Part shown: positions 54,952 through 64,000 of the stretch, piece after piece
How the letters are laid out: every line of letters starts with the position of its first letter
Position numbering within the stretch: the stretch's first letter is position 1
DNA from: Candidatus Bathyarchaeota archaeon
Lineage (GTDB): Archaea; Thermoproteota; Bathyarchaeia; Bathyarchaeales; Bathycorpusculaceae
Length of the DNA: 64,000 bases
Direction of reading: 5' to 3'
Assembly: GCA_963832745.1 (NCBI GenBank)
Contig: CAWHVC010000004.1
Span: 167,754-231,753, forward strand
Notes under the pieces: generated by a model
The model's input: only the letters and a program-made list of their open reading frames with translations
Told to the model about the DNA's origin: nothing
Databases searched by the model: none
Program-made: the position numbers and the translations under genes

Positions 54952-56661
54952 CTATTTCGGAAGGGTGCCGAGTTTTGAGCGGGTTTGTGCAAGTTGCTCG
55001 TCAAGTTTTGCTTCGTCTGTTTCGATTTTGTGGAATAGCGGTGTGGGTTTAGCGATTTTGTGTCCTCCTTCAATTGGCACGGTAGCGTCACTCCATTTTG
55101 AAACGTTTCCTGGCAGTTGCAGTGTGTGCCATAGCTGTTCAGCGGTTTGTGGCATGAACGGTGCTGAAACGACGGTGCATGCTTTGACCACTTGTGCTGC
55201 AACATAGAATATTGTGCCTGCTTTCTCCTTGTCGGTCTTCATGAGGTTCCATGGTTCTTTGGTGTTAAGGTACTGGTTACCAATTCGGCTAATGCTGATG
55301 AGCGTAGTGGCGGCTGATTGTAGCCATCCGTCTTCAAATTCTTTAGCGGCTTGCTCAACCTTCGCTTTTACAGCGTCGAGAACTGCTTGGTCATCCGCCT
55401 CAAGCTTGGTTGGCGCTGGAATGGTACCTTCAAACTTGCTTGTGATAAACGAGAGTGTGCGGTGAATGAAGTTGCCAAAGGTGTCGTTTAGGTCATTGTT
55501 GATTTTGTCTGCAAAGGCGCTCCATGTGAAGTTAGTGTCTTTGCTTTCGGGGCGGGTTGCCATGAGGAAGAAGCGCCAGTAGTCCACTGGGAACATTTCT
55601 AAGGCTTCGTCTATCCAGATGCCGACACGTTGACTTTTAGAGGCTTTCTGGCCGCGGAACTGCAGGAATTCTGTCGCGGAAACGTTCCATGGCAGGTTGT
55701 AGCCTTGACCAGACGCCAACAGTAGCGCGGGCAGGATGATGGTGTGGAACGGAATGTTGTCTTTGCCTACAAAATAGAGTGTTTTAGCTTGGTTGTTTAG
55801 CCAGAACTCCCGCCATTTCTCAGGCTGTCCTAACTGTTGAGACCGCTCAATCGTTGCCGAAACGTAGCCCAGCACGGCGTCTACCCAAACGTAGATGGTT
55901 TTTCCTTCTGCGCCCTCAAACGGTGCAGGGATGCCCCAGTCAATGTCTCGGGTGACAGCTCGGGGTTTTAAGCCTTCTTTTATCCAGTTTAGGCTGAAAC
56001 TTTTCACGTTAGCGGGCAGTTGCTGGTTAGTTTTAAGATACTCGGTTAAGGGTTCGGCGAGTTTGGAGAGGTCAATGTACCAGTGCTTGGTCGTTTTGAC
56101 TATTGGCTTGTTTTTGCAAATTGTACAGTACGGTTCCACGAGCAGTGTGGGTTCAAGCAGTTTGCCGCATGCGTCACATTGGTCACCTCGGGCTTTCTCG
56201 CAGCCGCAGTAGGGACATTTGCCTTCCACGAAACGGTCAGGCAAGAAGCGTTGGTCATGTTCACAGTAGAGCATTTGGGTTTCTTGCTCGAAAATATAAC
56301 CATTTCTTTGAATTTCAAGAAGCGTTTTTTGGACGAATTCCTTGTGAACTGGGCTTTCAGTACAGGTGTAATTGTCATAGGAGGCGCCCCAGCGGCGGAA
56401 AAGTTCTGCAACTTTGGCGTGGTTGCGGTCTGTTAACTCTTTTGGGGTTATGCCCTGTTTTATGGCTTCCACTTCGATTGGGGTGCCATGTTCGTCTGAA
56501 CCGCTGACAAACAGGACGTCGTCGCCTTTTAGTCGATAATAGCGTGCAGTGACATCCGCGGATAATACGGAGCCGACGAGGTTTCCAAGGTGCGGCGTCA
56601 CGTTAATGTAAGGCCATGCTGAAGTAACTAAAACTTTATCTGGCAAACTATGTGTCTCCAA
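54952..56661 (-). CDS. metG: Methionyl-tRNA synthetase (archaeal/eukaryal type, no C-terminal appended domain)
   Basis: WPYINVTPHLGNLVGSVLSADV, Zn knuckles CPYCGCEKARGDQCDACG, KMSKS-equivalent KASKS. Probable TTG start near 56661 (the tracked 56766 extension looks non-coding). Confidence 0.85.
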   Translation of the reverse strand: METHSLPDKVLVTSAWPYINVTPHLGNLVGSVLSADVTARYYRLKGDDVLFVSGSDEHGTPIEVEAIKQGITPKELTDRNHAKVAELFRRWGASYDNYTCTESPVHKEFVQKTLLEIQRNGYIFEQETQMLYCEHDQRFLPDRFVEGKCPYCGCEKARGDQCDACGKLLEPTLLVEPYCTICKNKPIVKTTKHWYIDLSKLAEPLTEYLKTNQQLPANVKSFSLNWIKEGLKPRAVTRDIDWGIPAPFEGAEGKTIYVWVDAVLGYVSATIERSQQLGQPEKWREFWLNNQAKTLYFVGKDNIPFHTIILPALLLASGQGYNLPWNVSATEFLQFRGQKASKSQRVGIWIDEALEMFPVDYWRFFLMATRPESKDTNFTWSAFADKINNDLNDTFGNFIHRTLSFITSKFEGTIPAPTKLEADDQAVLDAVKAKVEQAAKEFEDGWLQSAATTLISISRIGNQYLNTKEPWNLMKTDKEKAGTIFYVAAQVVKACTVVSAPFMPQTAEQLWHTLQLPGNVSKWSDATVPIEGGHKIAKPTPLFHKIETDEAKLDEQLAQTRSKLGTLPK

Positions 56662-56792
56662 CAAATCGTTAAGTCTCAACCTTATTAAAATTGCTATCCA
56701 AACAAAAAATTCAACTTTTAAGTGGTAATTAGCCAGCTGTTTGGCAACGCTTAAATCCAGATTCAAAAATACATTTACATCAGGTCAAACTT

Positions 56793-57896
56793 ATGCCTTA
56801 CTGCCGAAGATGCGGAGCCAAACTTGCTGACGATGCACAATACTGTTACAACTGCGGCGCCCCAGTTATTCCTCCAACAACCCAGACTTCGTCTCCTCCT
56901 CCACAGTCAAGAGCCTACGAAAGCCCCCATAGTCGCCCCCTGCGAAAGAATCCTCTATTCATTCCCGTCATGGTCATAATCGCCATTACCATTTCAGCCT
57001 TGGTTATAGCCGCTTTTGCTGCTGCACCGATTAACCCTGTAAATTTCAAAGAGCAAAGCCAAATCCCAATATCAGGTCAAAACAAGTTAAACCTAGATTT
57101 TCAAGCTGACATCGGCGACATCAACGTTTACACCAACCTCACCGGCGATAGCATGTTGCTTATGGATGTTTCAGCAACCGGTGGCACCAGCATTTTTGGG
57201 TCAGATCAACCTGTAAAGTTTGATGTTCAAAACAGCACTGCTAATGGCACGCAAATGGTTACGGCCGTTGTTTCTTCACCGATGAATTTCCCGTTCGCCG
57301 GAAACCTGCATGTGATCTGCAACATCTATGTTAACCCTCAAGCAAACTTGGCACTTAACGTGCATTCGGATGTTGGTGAAGTCTACATGGAAGCGGGTTT
57401 GAACGCAAAAATTGAGTTGCTTAAGCTTGAAACAATCACTGGCAGCACAAATTTGAATCTTCAGAAAGGCGCTACTGTTAAAGGTGGTTTAACGCTTTCA
57501 ACAGCAACAGGCACTGTTTGGTTTAGTATTAACCAAGTTAATGTTAATGGAAATGTAACTATCGATTTAGGTTCAGGTACTGGTAACGTGGAAATGGACA
57601 TTAATCAAACGCAGAAGTTTAACGGTAACCTACAATTAAACGCTCACACTGGCACCGGTAACGTAAACCTTAATCGAATGCTAATAGATGGTGAAGTAGC
57701 CACAAAAATTCAATCTAACACTGGTCTTGGCCAAATACACGTTAACGTGCAAAACTTTAACGGGAACCAGTCGCCGATTCAATCAAACAATTACCCATCC
57801 AACTGCAACATCAACATGAACCTAAACACTGGCGTAGGCAACATCAACTTAAACGCTGTATACCAGACAACGATGGCGCCTACCCTTAGAGTTTAA
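56793..57896 (+). CDS. Zinc-ribbon / TM / DUF4097-like beta-helical repeat protein
   Basis: YCRRCGAKL...YCYNCGAP, one TM, then repetitive GD/GTGNVN(L/M) strands. Confidence 0.65.
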   Translation: MPYCRRCGAKLADDAQYCYNCGAPVIPPTTQTSSPPPQSRAYESPHSRPLRKNPLFIPVMVIIAITISALVIAAFAAAPINPVNFKEQSQIPISGQNKLNLDFQADIGDINVYTNLTGDSMLLMDVSATGGTSIFGSDQPVKFDVQNSTANGTQMVTAVVSSPMNFPFAGNLHVICNIYVNPQANLALNVHSDVGEVYMEAGLNAKIELLKLETITGSTNLNLQKGATVKGGLTLSTATGTVWFSINQVNVNGNVTIDLGSGTGNVEMDINQTQKFNGNLQLNAHTGTGNVNLNRMLIDGEVATKIQSNTGLGQIHVNVQNFNGNQSPIQSNNYPSNCNINMNLNTGVGNINLNAVYQTTMAPTLRV

Positions 57897-57960
57897 GCTG
57901 GTTAACGCCTTAACGTTTAAAACCTTGCCTAACCATTAGAAAAAGTGAAGGTGCATTTTT

Positions 57961-58203
57961 TTGGCAGAAAGAAAAATTTCTAAACAAGAGTTAGAAGAAA
58001 ATAATGGAAAAGAAGGTAAACCAGCATATTTTGCGTATAAAGGAAAAGTTTACGAAGCTACCGATAGTGCAATGTGGATGGATGGAGAACACATGGGCAT
58101 GCATCAAGCCGGCAAAGACTTAACTGACGACATGGATATGGCGCCTCACGGTCCAGAAAATGTTGAACGCGTAAAATACATCGGCGAATTAGCCGACTCC
58201 TAA
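57961..58203 (+). CDS. Cytochrome b5-like haem/steroid-binding domain protein (COG4892-like)
   Basis: LEENNGKEGKPAYFAYKGKVYEATDS..W.DGEH...HQAGKDLT pattern. TTG start. Confidence 0.65.
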   Translation: MAERKISKQELEENNGKEGKPAYFAYKGKVYEATDSAMWMDGEHMGMHQAGKDLTDDMDMAPHGPENVERVKYIGELADS

Positions 58204-59441
58204 AACAGACACTGCAACACGCCATCAACCCGAAGCAAGTTCTCGGTTATTTTCTTTTTATCTTCAACACCAATTTTCTCTTTAAATCCTTCAAGTTCAA
58301 TCATGGTTTCGTATAAGCTGTCAAAGGCTGTTTTTAAGTCTAAATTGTCATTCATGGCCTCTTCGAAACCTGAAACAATTTTTTCCACAAGCACTTTGAC
58401 CTTTTCTGATTCCTGTTTACTGTTAGGCTCTGTCTTTTGTAGGTCAGCAATTTTCGCCTTTAAATTATCCAATTTTTTGGTTGTTTCGGCAAGCTTTTCA
58501 AAAGTGAAGTCCAACGTTTCCCTGTAGCAGCCGTAAATCAAAAAGAATCTCATCTTTCCGCCACTGTAACCATTTGCTTGTAGATCTTTGGGGTAATACA
58601 CGTTGCCTTTGCTTTTAGACATCTTTTCCCCATCCACGTACAGGTGGCCACCGTGAAGCCAGTAACGGGAAAACTGTCGCCCCGAAACCGACTCTACAAC
58701 CGCAATAGTGTAATCATGATGCCTAACCAAATTGTCAACTCCACCACAGGCAACATCAATCTCGAAACCCAAATGTTTAGTTACAATCGCTGGGTCCTGA
58801 ACGTTCCAAGCTGGTCTGCCAGTACCGACAGGAGTTTTGTAGCAGATGTCACTTTTTGGGCAGCCATGCCAAAGAATAAAGTCACCCATGTTCCAAGGTG
58901 TACCTGGATACGTGTCCTTATGGAATCTACGCCGTTTTTTTGGCCATTTGCTCATGTCCAGATGCGCCAGTTTACCAAACCCTTCAAATTTAAGAGGGTC
59001 AAAATACACGTTTTCTTCTCCCTTGTAACAGTAATAATAGGCTGCTCCACAATCGACAAGTTTGGTGATAAGCATAGCCGCTTGGTCCACCGCCGTGGAC
59101 GCCCTAACCGCGAAGTTAGGCGTTTTGATTCTCAGGAATTTAAAATCGTTAAAAAAAGTTTTTTCGTTTCGGCTTGATAGTTCCTCGACTGTAAGGTTTT
59201 CTTTTTTTGCTTGCTCGATGGCTTTGTCTTCCACATCGGTTAAAGTGATTAGCCGCGTTACTTTGTAGCCTAAATATTCAAGGTACCTTTGCAGGATGTC
59301 TTCAAAAAGAAACGTGCGGTAGTTGCCAATGTGCGCTGGCTGATAAGTTGACGGCCCGCAAGTGTACATTTTAACTTGCCCTTCTTCTCTGGGTTTGAAG
59401 GGCTCAACTTTTTTGGTCAGGGTGTTGTAAATGTTTAGCAA
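58200..59441 (-). CDS. cysS: Cysteinyl-tRNA synthetase family protein, short and with a divergent active site
   Basis: MYTCGPSTYQPAHIGN..., LTDVEDKAI, GRPAW, GEKMSKSKGN all align with CysRS. It is 413 aa, which is ~50 aa short at the C-terminus. See finding for the substituted Zn ligands. Confidence 0.7.
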   Translation of the reverse strand: MLNIYNTLTKKVEPFKPREEGQVKMYTCGPSTYQPAHIGNYRTFLFEDILQRYLEYLGYKVTRLITLTDVEDKAIEQAKKENLTVEELSSRNEKTFFNDFKFLRIKTPNFAVRASTAVDQAAMLITKLVDCGAAYYYCYKGEENVYFDPLKFEGFGKLAHLDMSKWPKKRRRFHKDTYPGTPWNMGDFILWHGCPKSDICYKTPVGTGRPAWNVQDPAIVTKHLGFEIDVACGGVDNLVRHHDYTIAVVESVSGRQFSRYWLHGGHLYVDGEKMSKSKGNVYYPKDLQANGYSGGKMRFFLIYGCYRETLDFTFEKLAETTKKLDNLKAKIADLQKTEPNSKQESEKVKVLVEKIVSGFEEAMNDNLDLKTAFDSLYETMIELEGFKEKIGVEDKKKITENLLRVDGVLQCLF

Positions 59442-59458
59442 TACGGCGTGGTTCTCCG

Positions 59459-59935
59459 TTATGTGGCAGCGGCTTGTTGTGTCTCTATTTCTTTTAGGGC
59501 TTTTTCTGCTTCTTGTACGTGTTGTTCAGCGTGGGTTTGGCTCTCAAAAATGCTGCGGACAATGCCTTGCTTGTCGATGACGTAGGTGACTCTACCTGGA
59601 ACGATTCCCATAGTTGAATGCACCCCATATAGTTCCCTAACCTTGTGGTCAGCATCGCTTAACAGGATAAAGGGTAAACCATAATGAGTGGCAAATTTCA
59701 TGTGAGATTCGATGCTTTGGCTGCTAACGCCGAGCACTTCTGCTCCTAGACTTGTTAATTCTTGGTAGTTGTCGCGGAAACTGCAGGCTTCTTTGGTGCA
59801 GCCCGGTGATTCATCTTTAGGATAAAAATACAGGACAATATTTTTTTTGCCAAGAAACTCTGAGAGGGTTACGTTGTCGCCCATTTGGGATGGAAGCGTA
59901 AAATCGGGTGCTTTATCGCCTACTTTAACAGCCAA
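59459..59935 (-). CDS. bcp: Peroxiredoxin, Bcp/PrxQ type
   Basis: [15 protein letters not shown] peroxidatic/resolving Cys motif. Confidence 0.85.
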   Translation of the reverse strand: MAVKVGDKAPDFTLPSQMGDNVTLSEFLGKKNIVLYFYPKDESPGCTKEACSFRDNYQELTSLGAEVLGVSSQSIESHMKFATHYGLPFILLSDADHKVRELYGVHSTMGIVPGRVTYVIDKQGIVRSIFESQTHAEQHVQEAEKALKEIETQQAAAT

Positions 59936-60051
59936 AAAATTTCACCACAAACAAAAAGCCACTGTCAGCTATTATCTTTTTCGCAGATTATAAAATGGCA
60001 AATAGGGTTTTTAAGCGTCATCAGTGTTAACCAAAACATAGGCAGATCCTT

Positions 60052-60657
60052 ATGGAAAAAAAGTTATCCTTAAACGGTTACAAATGCCCCGCACTTGTAA
60101 ATAAGGTGCCCGGTGTTCCAATAGTTTTCTTGCATGGTTTATCTTATAACATTGAAATCTGGAACCGAATCGGCATAACTGATGTTCTTGACGAAAAACA
60201 TGTACCCTACCTTGCTTTAGACATGCCATACGGCGAGAAAAGCCAATGCAAACCAAAAACTCGTGACCCAGAAAAAAACGTAACCTTCGTCTATGAGGCT
60301 ATAGAAAACGTTTTTGGAGGTCCATTACCTCCTGTTCTGGTTGGCGCAAGCATCGGCGGTAACATGGCGCTTCATTTTGCTTCCCGATTTCCGGTGAAGG
60401 GGCTCGTGCTTGTTGGTCCTGCCCGGGCGCTCGAAGAAGATTTAGTGCATGCTTACGGCAGCTTTAAGTTTCCGTCAACCATTATTTGGGGTTCTGAAGA
60501 CACCATAATTGCCAGCGAAAACATGCGGACCTTGGCTGACAAGTTGCCGAATTCTAAACTGATTGTCTATCAGGGCGCGAAGCATTCAGCTTACAAGGAT
60601 GAACCAGACAGGTTCAAACGTGACTTGTTGGAGCTTTACATTAACGCTGAAATTTAA
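60052..60657 (+). CDS. Alpha/beta-fold hydrolase
   Basis: PIVFLHGL oxyanion region, nucleophile elbow GASIGG, C-terminal GAKHSAY. Confidence 0.7.
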   Translation: MEKKLSLNGYKCPALVNKVPGVPIVFLHGLSYNIEIWNRIGITDVLDEKHVPYLALDMPYGEKSQCKPKTRDPEKNVTFVYEAIENVFGGPLPPVLVGASIGGNMALHFASRFPVKGLVLVGPARALEEDLVHAYGSFKFPSTIIWGSEDTIIASENMRTLADKLPNSKLIVYQGAKHSAYKDEPDRFKRDLLELYINAEI

Positions 60658-61220
60658 AGGCCTTTTCTTGCCAGTACCAAGTAATGGTAGGGTCCAACAT
60701 CAAAGCTGCATTGAACCATTAAACCGTGTGAACGCATCATGTTAGTCACGGTTACTTCATCAAATTTAATGTCCAACGGTGGACCCACCGGTATTTCTTC
60801 TTTCTTCCAGTCTAAATCAGCAACGATGCCATCCATTTTTAACATGTCCCTCGCGTTAGACAGAACTTGTTCAGGATAATCAAAATCGTGCAAGTCCATG
60901 CTAAAGAACACAATGTCGGCGCAGTTTTTGCAGAAAACCGTTTCCTCTGCTTTGCCCGCGGTTGCAGTGATGTTGTTGTAGCCTTCTTCTTTGGCTCTCT
61001 TTTGAATTTTCTCAATTGACTTTGGGTCAATATCGACTGCGTAGACTTTGCCTTTTTCGCCTACAATTTTTGCCGCTAAAAAGGTGAAATAGCCATCGCC
61101 GCAGCCTACGTCAACAAAAGTCATGCCTTCCCCTAGTTCAACCGCTTCTAAGATATCGTCCGGATTATACCATGAACGCCGTTTAGCCTCATCTAAGCTG
61201 AATCCACCATGACAAACCAT
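60654..61220 (-). CDS. Class I SAM-dependent methyltransferase
   Basis: Motif I VDVGCGDGYFT, post-I acidic YAVDID. Confidence 0.8.
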   Translation of the reverse strand: MVCHGGFSLDEAKRRSWYNPDDILEAVELGEGMTFVDVGCGDGYFTFLAAKIVGEKGKVYAVDIDPKSIEKIQKRAKEEGYNNITATAGKAEETVFCKNCADIVFFSMDLHDFDYPEQVLSNARDMLKMDGIVADLDWKKEEIPVGPPLDIKFDEVTVTNMMRSHGLMVQCSFDVGPYHYLVLARKGL

Positions 61221-61232
61221 AACATTGCCTCT

Positions 61233-61532
61233 TTACTGTTGTCCAAGCATTTCCTTAATTTGCTTTTCGTGGGTTTGCCTGGTTGTTAACGGGTAAATTT
61301 CTCGTTCGCACTCAAAGAACAGTGGGTCTTGCCCAATAATTTTTGGGAGTGCCTCGTCAGATTCAGCGTTAACGATTAGCATGCTGCCTTGATGCCCAAT
61401 CAGGTGATAGCATGATTCTAAAGTTTTGGCTTTTTCTAAGGATTCAAAATATCGGAATTGTAACGGTAAAAACCGTGACCATTTTTCTAGGGGAACTTCA
61501 CGTTTTACTTTTTGAATAATCAAGAATTTCAT
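61233..61532 (-). CDS. Hypothetical protein (99 aa)
   Basis: Clean ORF. No family confidently recognised. Confidence 0.45.
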   Translation of the reverse strand: MKFLIIQKVKREVPLEKWSRFLPLQFRYFESLEKAKTLESCYHLIGHQGSMLIVNAESDEALPKIIGQDPLFFECEREIYPLTTRQTHEKQIKEMLGQQ

Positions 61533-61634
61533 AAATAAGGTACCTCCTTAGACAAAGCACTATAAAATATAAAACATTTATGAAAAAAATTCAAAAGTAA
61601 GAAAACAAAAAGATGCTTAAGTCACTCTTGCACT

Positions 61635-61790
61635 TTATTCTTTCTTTTCGTTGCTTTTCATCATTTCTGGAATCTTTGTGCCTGCCTTAGACATTGCCTC
61701 TTTGACCACGTCCATTAGTTCGTCGTTGACTTCCATTTCGATGGTGAGTTTTAGTTTTCCGCTTTTTGAGGGCATTGCTGTTTCAGTCAT
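61635..61790 (-). CDS. Small hypothetical protein (51 aa), not in the ORF track
   Basis: My translation is MTETAMPSKSGKLKLTIEMEVNDELMDVVKEAMSKAGTKIPEMMKSNEKKE. The ATG at 61790 overlaps the end of the upstream ORF by 8 nt. Confidence 0.35.
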   Translation of the reverse strand: MTETAMPSKSGKLKLTIEMEVNDELMDVVKEAMSKAGTKIPEMMKSNEKKE

Positions 61791-62094
61791 GGAACCACCT
61801 CCTGAACCGTTTTAGCTGTTTTGGAAAAATGTTACCGACAAGCCGAATTGCCTGCTTTCCTGTTAAATCTAAATCCATGGAGATTCGGTAATGGAACTTG
61901 CCAAGCCTTTTAGTATGCGCCTTGTAACTGCATATTGCGCCTAACTCTTTATACCGCCGCAACCGCTGGTTAAGGTAAAATGTGATTGCAGTAGGCGCTA
62001 ACGGTTCAAACACTAACACAATGCGAAACAAAACTCGCGTCGCGCTCTCCATCAGCGACTCAGAAACAGATTCTTCCAAAACAGGCAACCTCAC
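61783..62094 (-). CDS. Hypothetical basic protein (103 aa)
   Basis: ORF only. No family recognised. Confidence 0.35.
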   Translation of the reverse strand: MRLPVLEESVSESLMESATRVLFRIVLVFEPLAPTAITFYLNQRLRRYKELGAICSYKAHTKRLGKFHYRISMDLDLTGKQAIRLVGNIFPKQLKRFRRWFHD

Positions 62095-62210
62095 ATTTTA
62101 AAACTTAGCGCTCAAATTGAGAAACTGGCTTGCAAAACTCAAATCTAGTTGAAGGGCGCGAATTTTTTAAGGATGTGTGACTGTCAATATGCAACTACAA
62201 GACGGGTTGG

Positions 62211-62723
62211 TTGTTTGTGTCACTCGAAGAAATCAGCATGCAGGTTCAACAATGTAAAAAGTGCCGTTTGTGGCAAACCGCAAAGCATGGGGTTCCTGGA
62301 GAAGGTCCCTTTAACGCAAAAATCATGATAATTGGGCAAAATCCTGGCGCCGAAGAAGATCAAACCGGACGCCCCTTTGTTGGTAGGGCAGGCAAATTCT
62401 TAACCAAAACTTTGGCAGAGTTTGGCATAAAACGTGAAGAAGTCTTCATAACCAACATTGTTAAGCACACTTCGCCAGAAAACCGCAAACCCTACAATGA
62501 CGAGGTCGCCGCGTGCCTGCCATACCTGAATCAGCAAATTGCCATAATAAAACCGAAAATTGTTGTGCTGCTTGGTGCAAGCGCAAAAGAAACCCCGCGT
62601 GTGGAAGGTATTGAGTATTTTGAGATTGTTCATCCCTCAGCGGCTATGAGGTTCACAAAGATGCGTGAAAAATTCCGAGCGCAGCTTGTAGAGCTTGCAA
62701 AGCTGATTCAAGAGTTCAAATAG
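62211..62723 (+). CDS. udg: Uracil-DNA glycosylase, family 4 type
   Basis: CKKCRL...GVPGEGPFNAKIMIIGQNPGAEEDQTGRPFVGRAGKFL and HPSA motifs. The start may be ATG 62238. Confidence 0.85.
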   Translation: MFVSLEEISMQVQQCKKCRLWQTAKHGVPGEGPFNAKIMIIGQNPGAEEDQTGRPFVGRAGKFLTKTLAEFGIKREEVFITNIVKHTSPENRKPYNDEVAACLPYLNQQIAIIKPKIVVLLGASAKETPRVEGIEYFEIVHPSAAMRFTKMREKFRAQLVELAKLIQEFK

Positions 62724-62836
62724 TGTTGGATTTAATTGATAGTTACGAGGTAAATCTGGTCAATAAAGTTTGACTAACCTTAGTCAAGAATCCTTTACAA
62801 AAATCCTTTTCAATATTAATTGATTAATCGCTAACT

Positions 62837-64000
62837 ATGAATAAACCTGCCGTTTCCGTCCTCTTGTTTTGCTTATTGTTATCATGTTTAGTAATGGTGC
62901 AAACTGGTAAGGCAGATTCTAGAACAATTGTTGTTCCCACTGATTATTCAACAATCACTGAAGCTATTAACAACGCTGTGGACGGTGATTCAGTGTTTGT
63001 TAAAAGCGGCGTTTATCATGAAAACATGTTAGCAGTGAATAAGTCTATATCACTTATCGGTGAGAACGTTAACAATACAATAGTTTACTTTAACCCGCCT
63101 GTACTTAACGTGACAGTTTTTTCAACACCCTTTCAAATAACTGATAATTCAATAAAAATTAACGCTGACAACGTTACCCTATCAAATTTCAGCTTCTTCT
63201 GTCCAGATGTTATCTCTTCAATTGCAGGCCCCGGCGGCATTGCTTCAATTACAGGCAACAGTGTCACACTTGTCGGAAACAGTTTCCCGACAGGGCTTAA
63301 ACTTGTTGGCTCATGCTCAACTATCATTGATAATGTTATAAAAGGTGGAAAATTCGAATTAATCGGTTCAAACAATATTTTAATAGAAAACACAATAATG
63401 GCTTCGGAGACTCCTGCAGTTTCCTGTGAAGGCTCATACAACATAATCGCTGGAAACAACGCAACAGGTTCCACAAGCTTCTATGTAGAAGGCTACTCCA
63501 ATGTTCTGTTTAACAATACGCTGAACTTTGTGGATGGTTTAGATTTAGACGGCACAGAGTGCGTTATAGCAAAAAACAGTTTGACATCTCTAATTGTCTT
63601 AGGTTCAAACAATACCGCTTATGGAAACAAGGTTACTCAAGGAATGACAATATGCTGTTCGAACAGCGTTTTTTATGCAAACACTTTTTCGCTGATTTAT
63701 TCTATTGTCTGGCGTAATGATGCAAATAACCAATTTTACCATAACAATTTTGACTGCAACATAACCTTTCGGGAAGACCAAGAAGTTGCTTCTTACTATT
63801 GGGACAATGGGCAGGAAGGCAATTATTGGCAGAATTACTCAGGTCATGATTTTAATGGCGACGGTATCGGGGATGTACCTTTTAGTGTAAGTAATAACAC
63901 TGTTGACCGTTATCCACTCATGCTGGCCTTTGATGTTATTAATACAACAATAGACTTGCCTGACTGGGTAAGTATCTTTTTGGGGGATCAGCCAGCATAT
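62837..64000 (+). CDS. Secreted right-handed parallel beta-helix (NosD/pectin-lyase-fold-like) protein, 3'-truncated by the window edge
   Basis: Not in the track because there is no stop in the window. ATG 62837, signal peptide VSVLLFCLLLSCLVMVQTGKA. Repeated G/N-rich helix rungs. Hallmark EGNYWQNYSGHDFNGDGIGDVPF...DRYPL. Confidence 0.75.
   Translation, partial: MNKPAVSVLLFCLLLSCLVMVQTGKADSRTIVVPTDYSTITEAINNAVDGDSVFVKSGVYHENMLAVNKSISLIGENVNNTIVYFNPPVLNVTVFSTPFQITDNSIKINADNVTLSNFSFFCPDVISSIAGPGGIASITGNSVTLVGNSFPTGLKLVGSCSTIIDNVIKGGKFELIGSNNILIENTIMASETPAVSCEGSYNIIAGNNATGSTSFYVEGYSNVLFNNTLNFVDGLDLDGTECVIAKNSLTSLIVLGSNNTAYGNKVTQGMTICCSNSVFYANTFSLIYSIVWRNDANNQFYHNNFDCNITFREDQEVASYYWDNGQEGNYWQNYSGHDFNGDGIGDVPFSVSNNTVDRYPLMLAFDVINTTIDLPDWVSIFLGDQPAY

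Noticed and set aside
1-64000. Search for CRISPR arrays, rRNA genes, insertion sequences, integrases and prophage remnants.
   Set aside because: I saw no regularly spaced direct repeats, no rRNA-like sequence, and no transposase, integrase or phage-structural-like ORFs on either strand by eye. The only repeats found are the paralog flank duplication, the intragenic PAS duplication and low-complexity coding tracts.

Overview
This is a 64-kb chromosomal segment of an archaeon. The diagnostic genes are rps19e, rpl39e, rpl31e, aIF6, rplX (LX), prefoldin alpha, archaeal-type FtsY and an aRF1-family factor. It is densely coding on both strands and looks moderately AT-rich by eye (not computed). I found one tRNA (Cys-GCA, CCA encoded). 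I saw no rRNA, CRISPR array, transposase or integrase.

The housekeeping backbone is interleaved with modules that are usually bacterial:
- an orphan KaiB plus PAS pair wedged into the conserved rpl31e-aIF6 cluster
- a HoxEFUYH-type NAD-linked [NiFe] hydrogenase operon
- a Pat-like fusion of ADP-forming acyl-CoA synthetase and GNAT
- a PaaK-IorAB-PaaI arylpyruvate cluster whose IorA carries an inserted polyferredoxin domain
- an RsbU/RsbW/RsbV-type partner-switching module
- a CcmF plus cbb3-type (C-family) haem-copper oxidase operon with rearranged CcoO/CcoP subunits

The left edge holds a tandem array of at least 4 membrane-anchored secreted paralogs of unknown family, each with a conserved scaffold and a hypervariable central insert.

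Two translation genes look non-canonical. The aRF1-like gene keeps GGQ but has lost the NIKS and YxCxxxF stop-codon-reading motifs. The short CysRS-like gene has two of its four zinc ligands substituted.

All calls rest on reading the ORF translations and the DNA by eye. No database search or computation was run.
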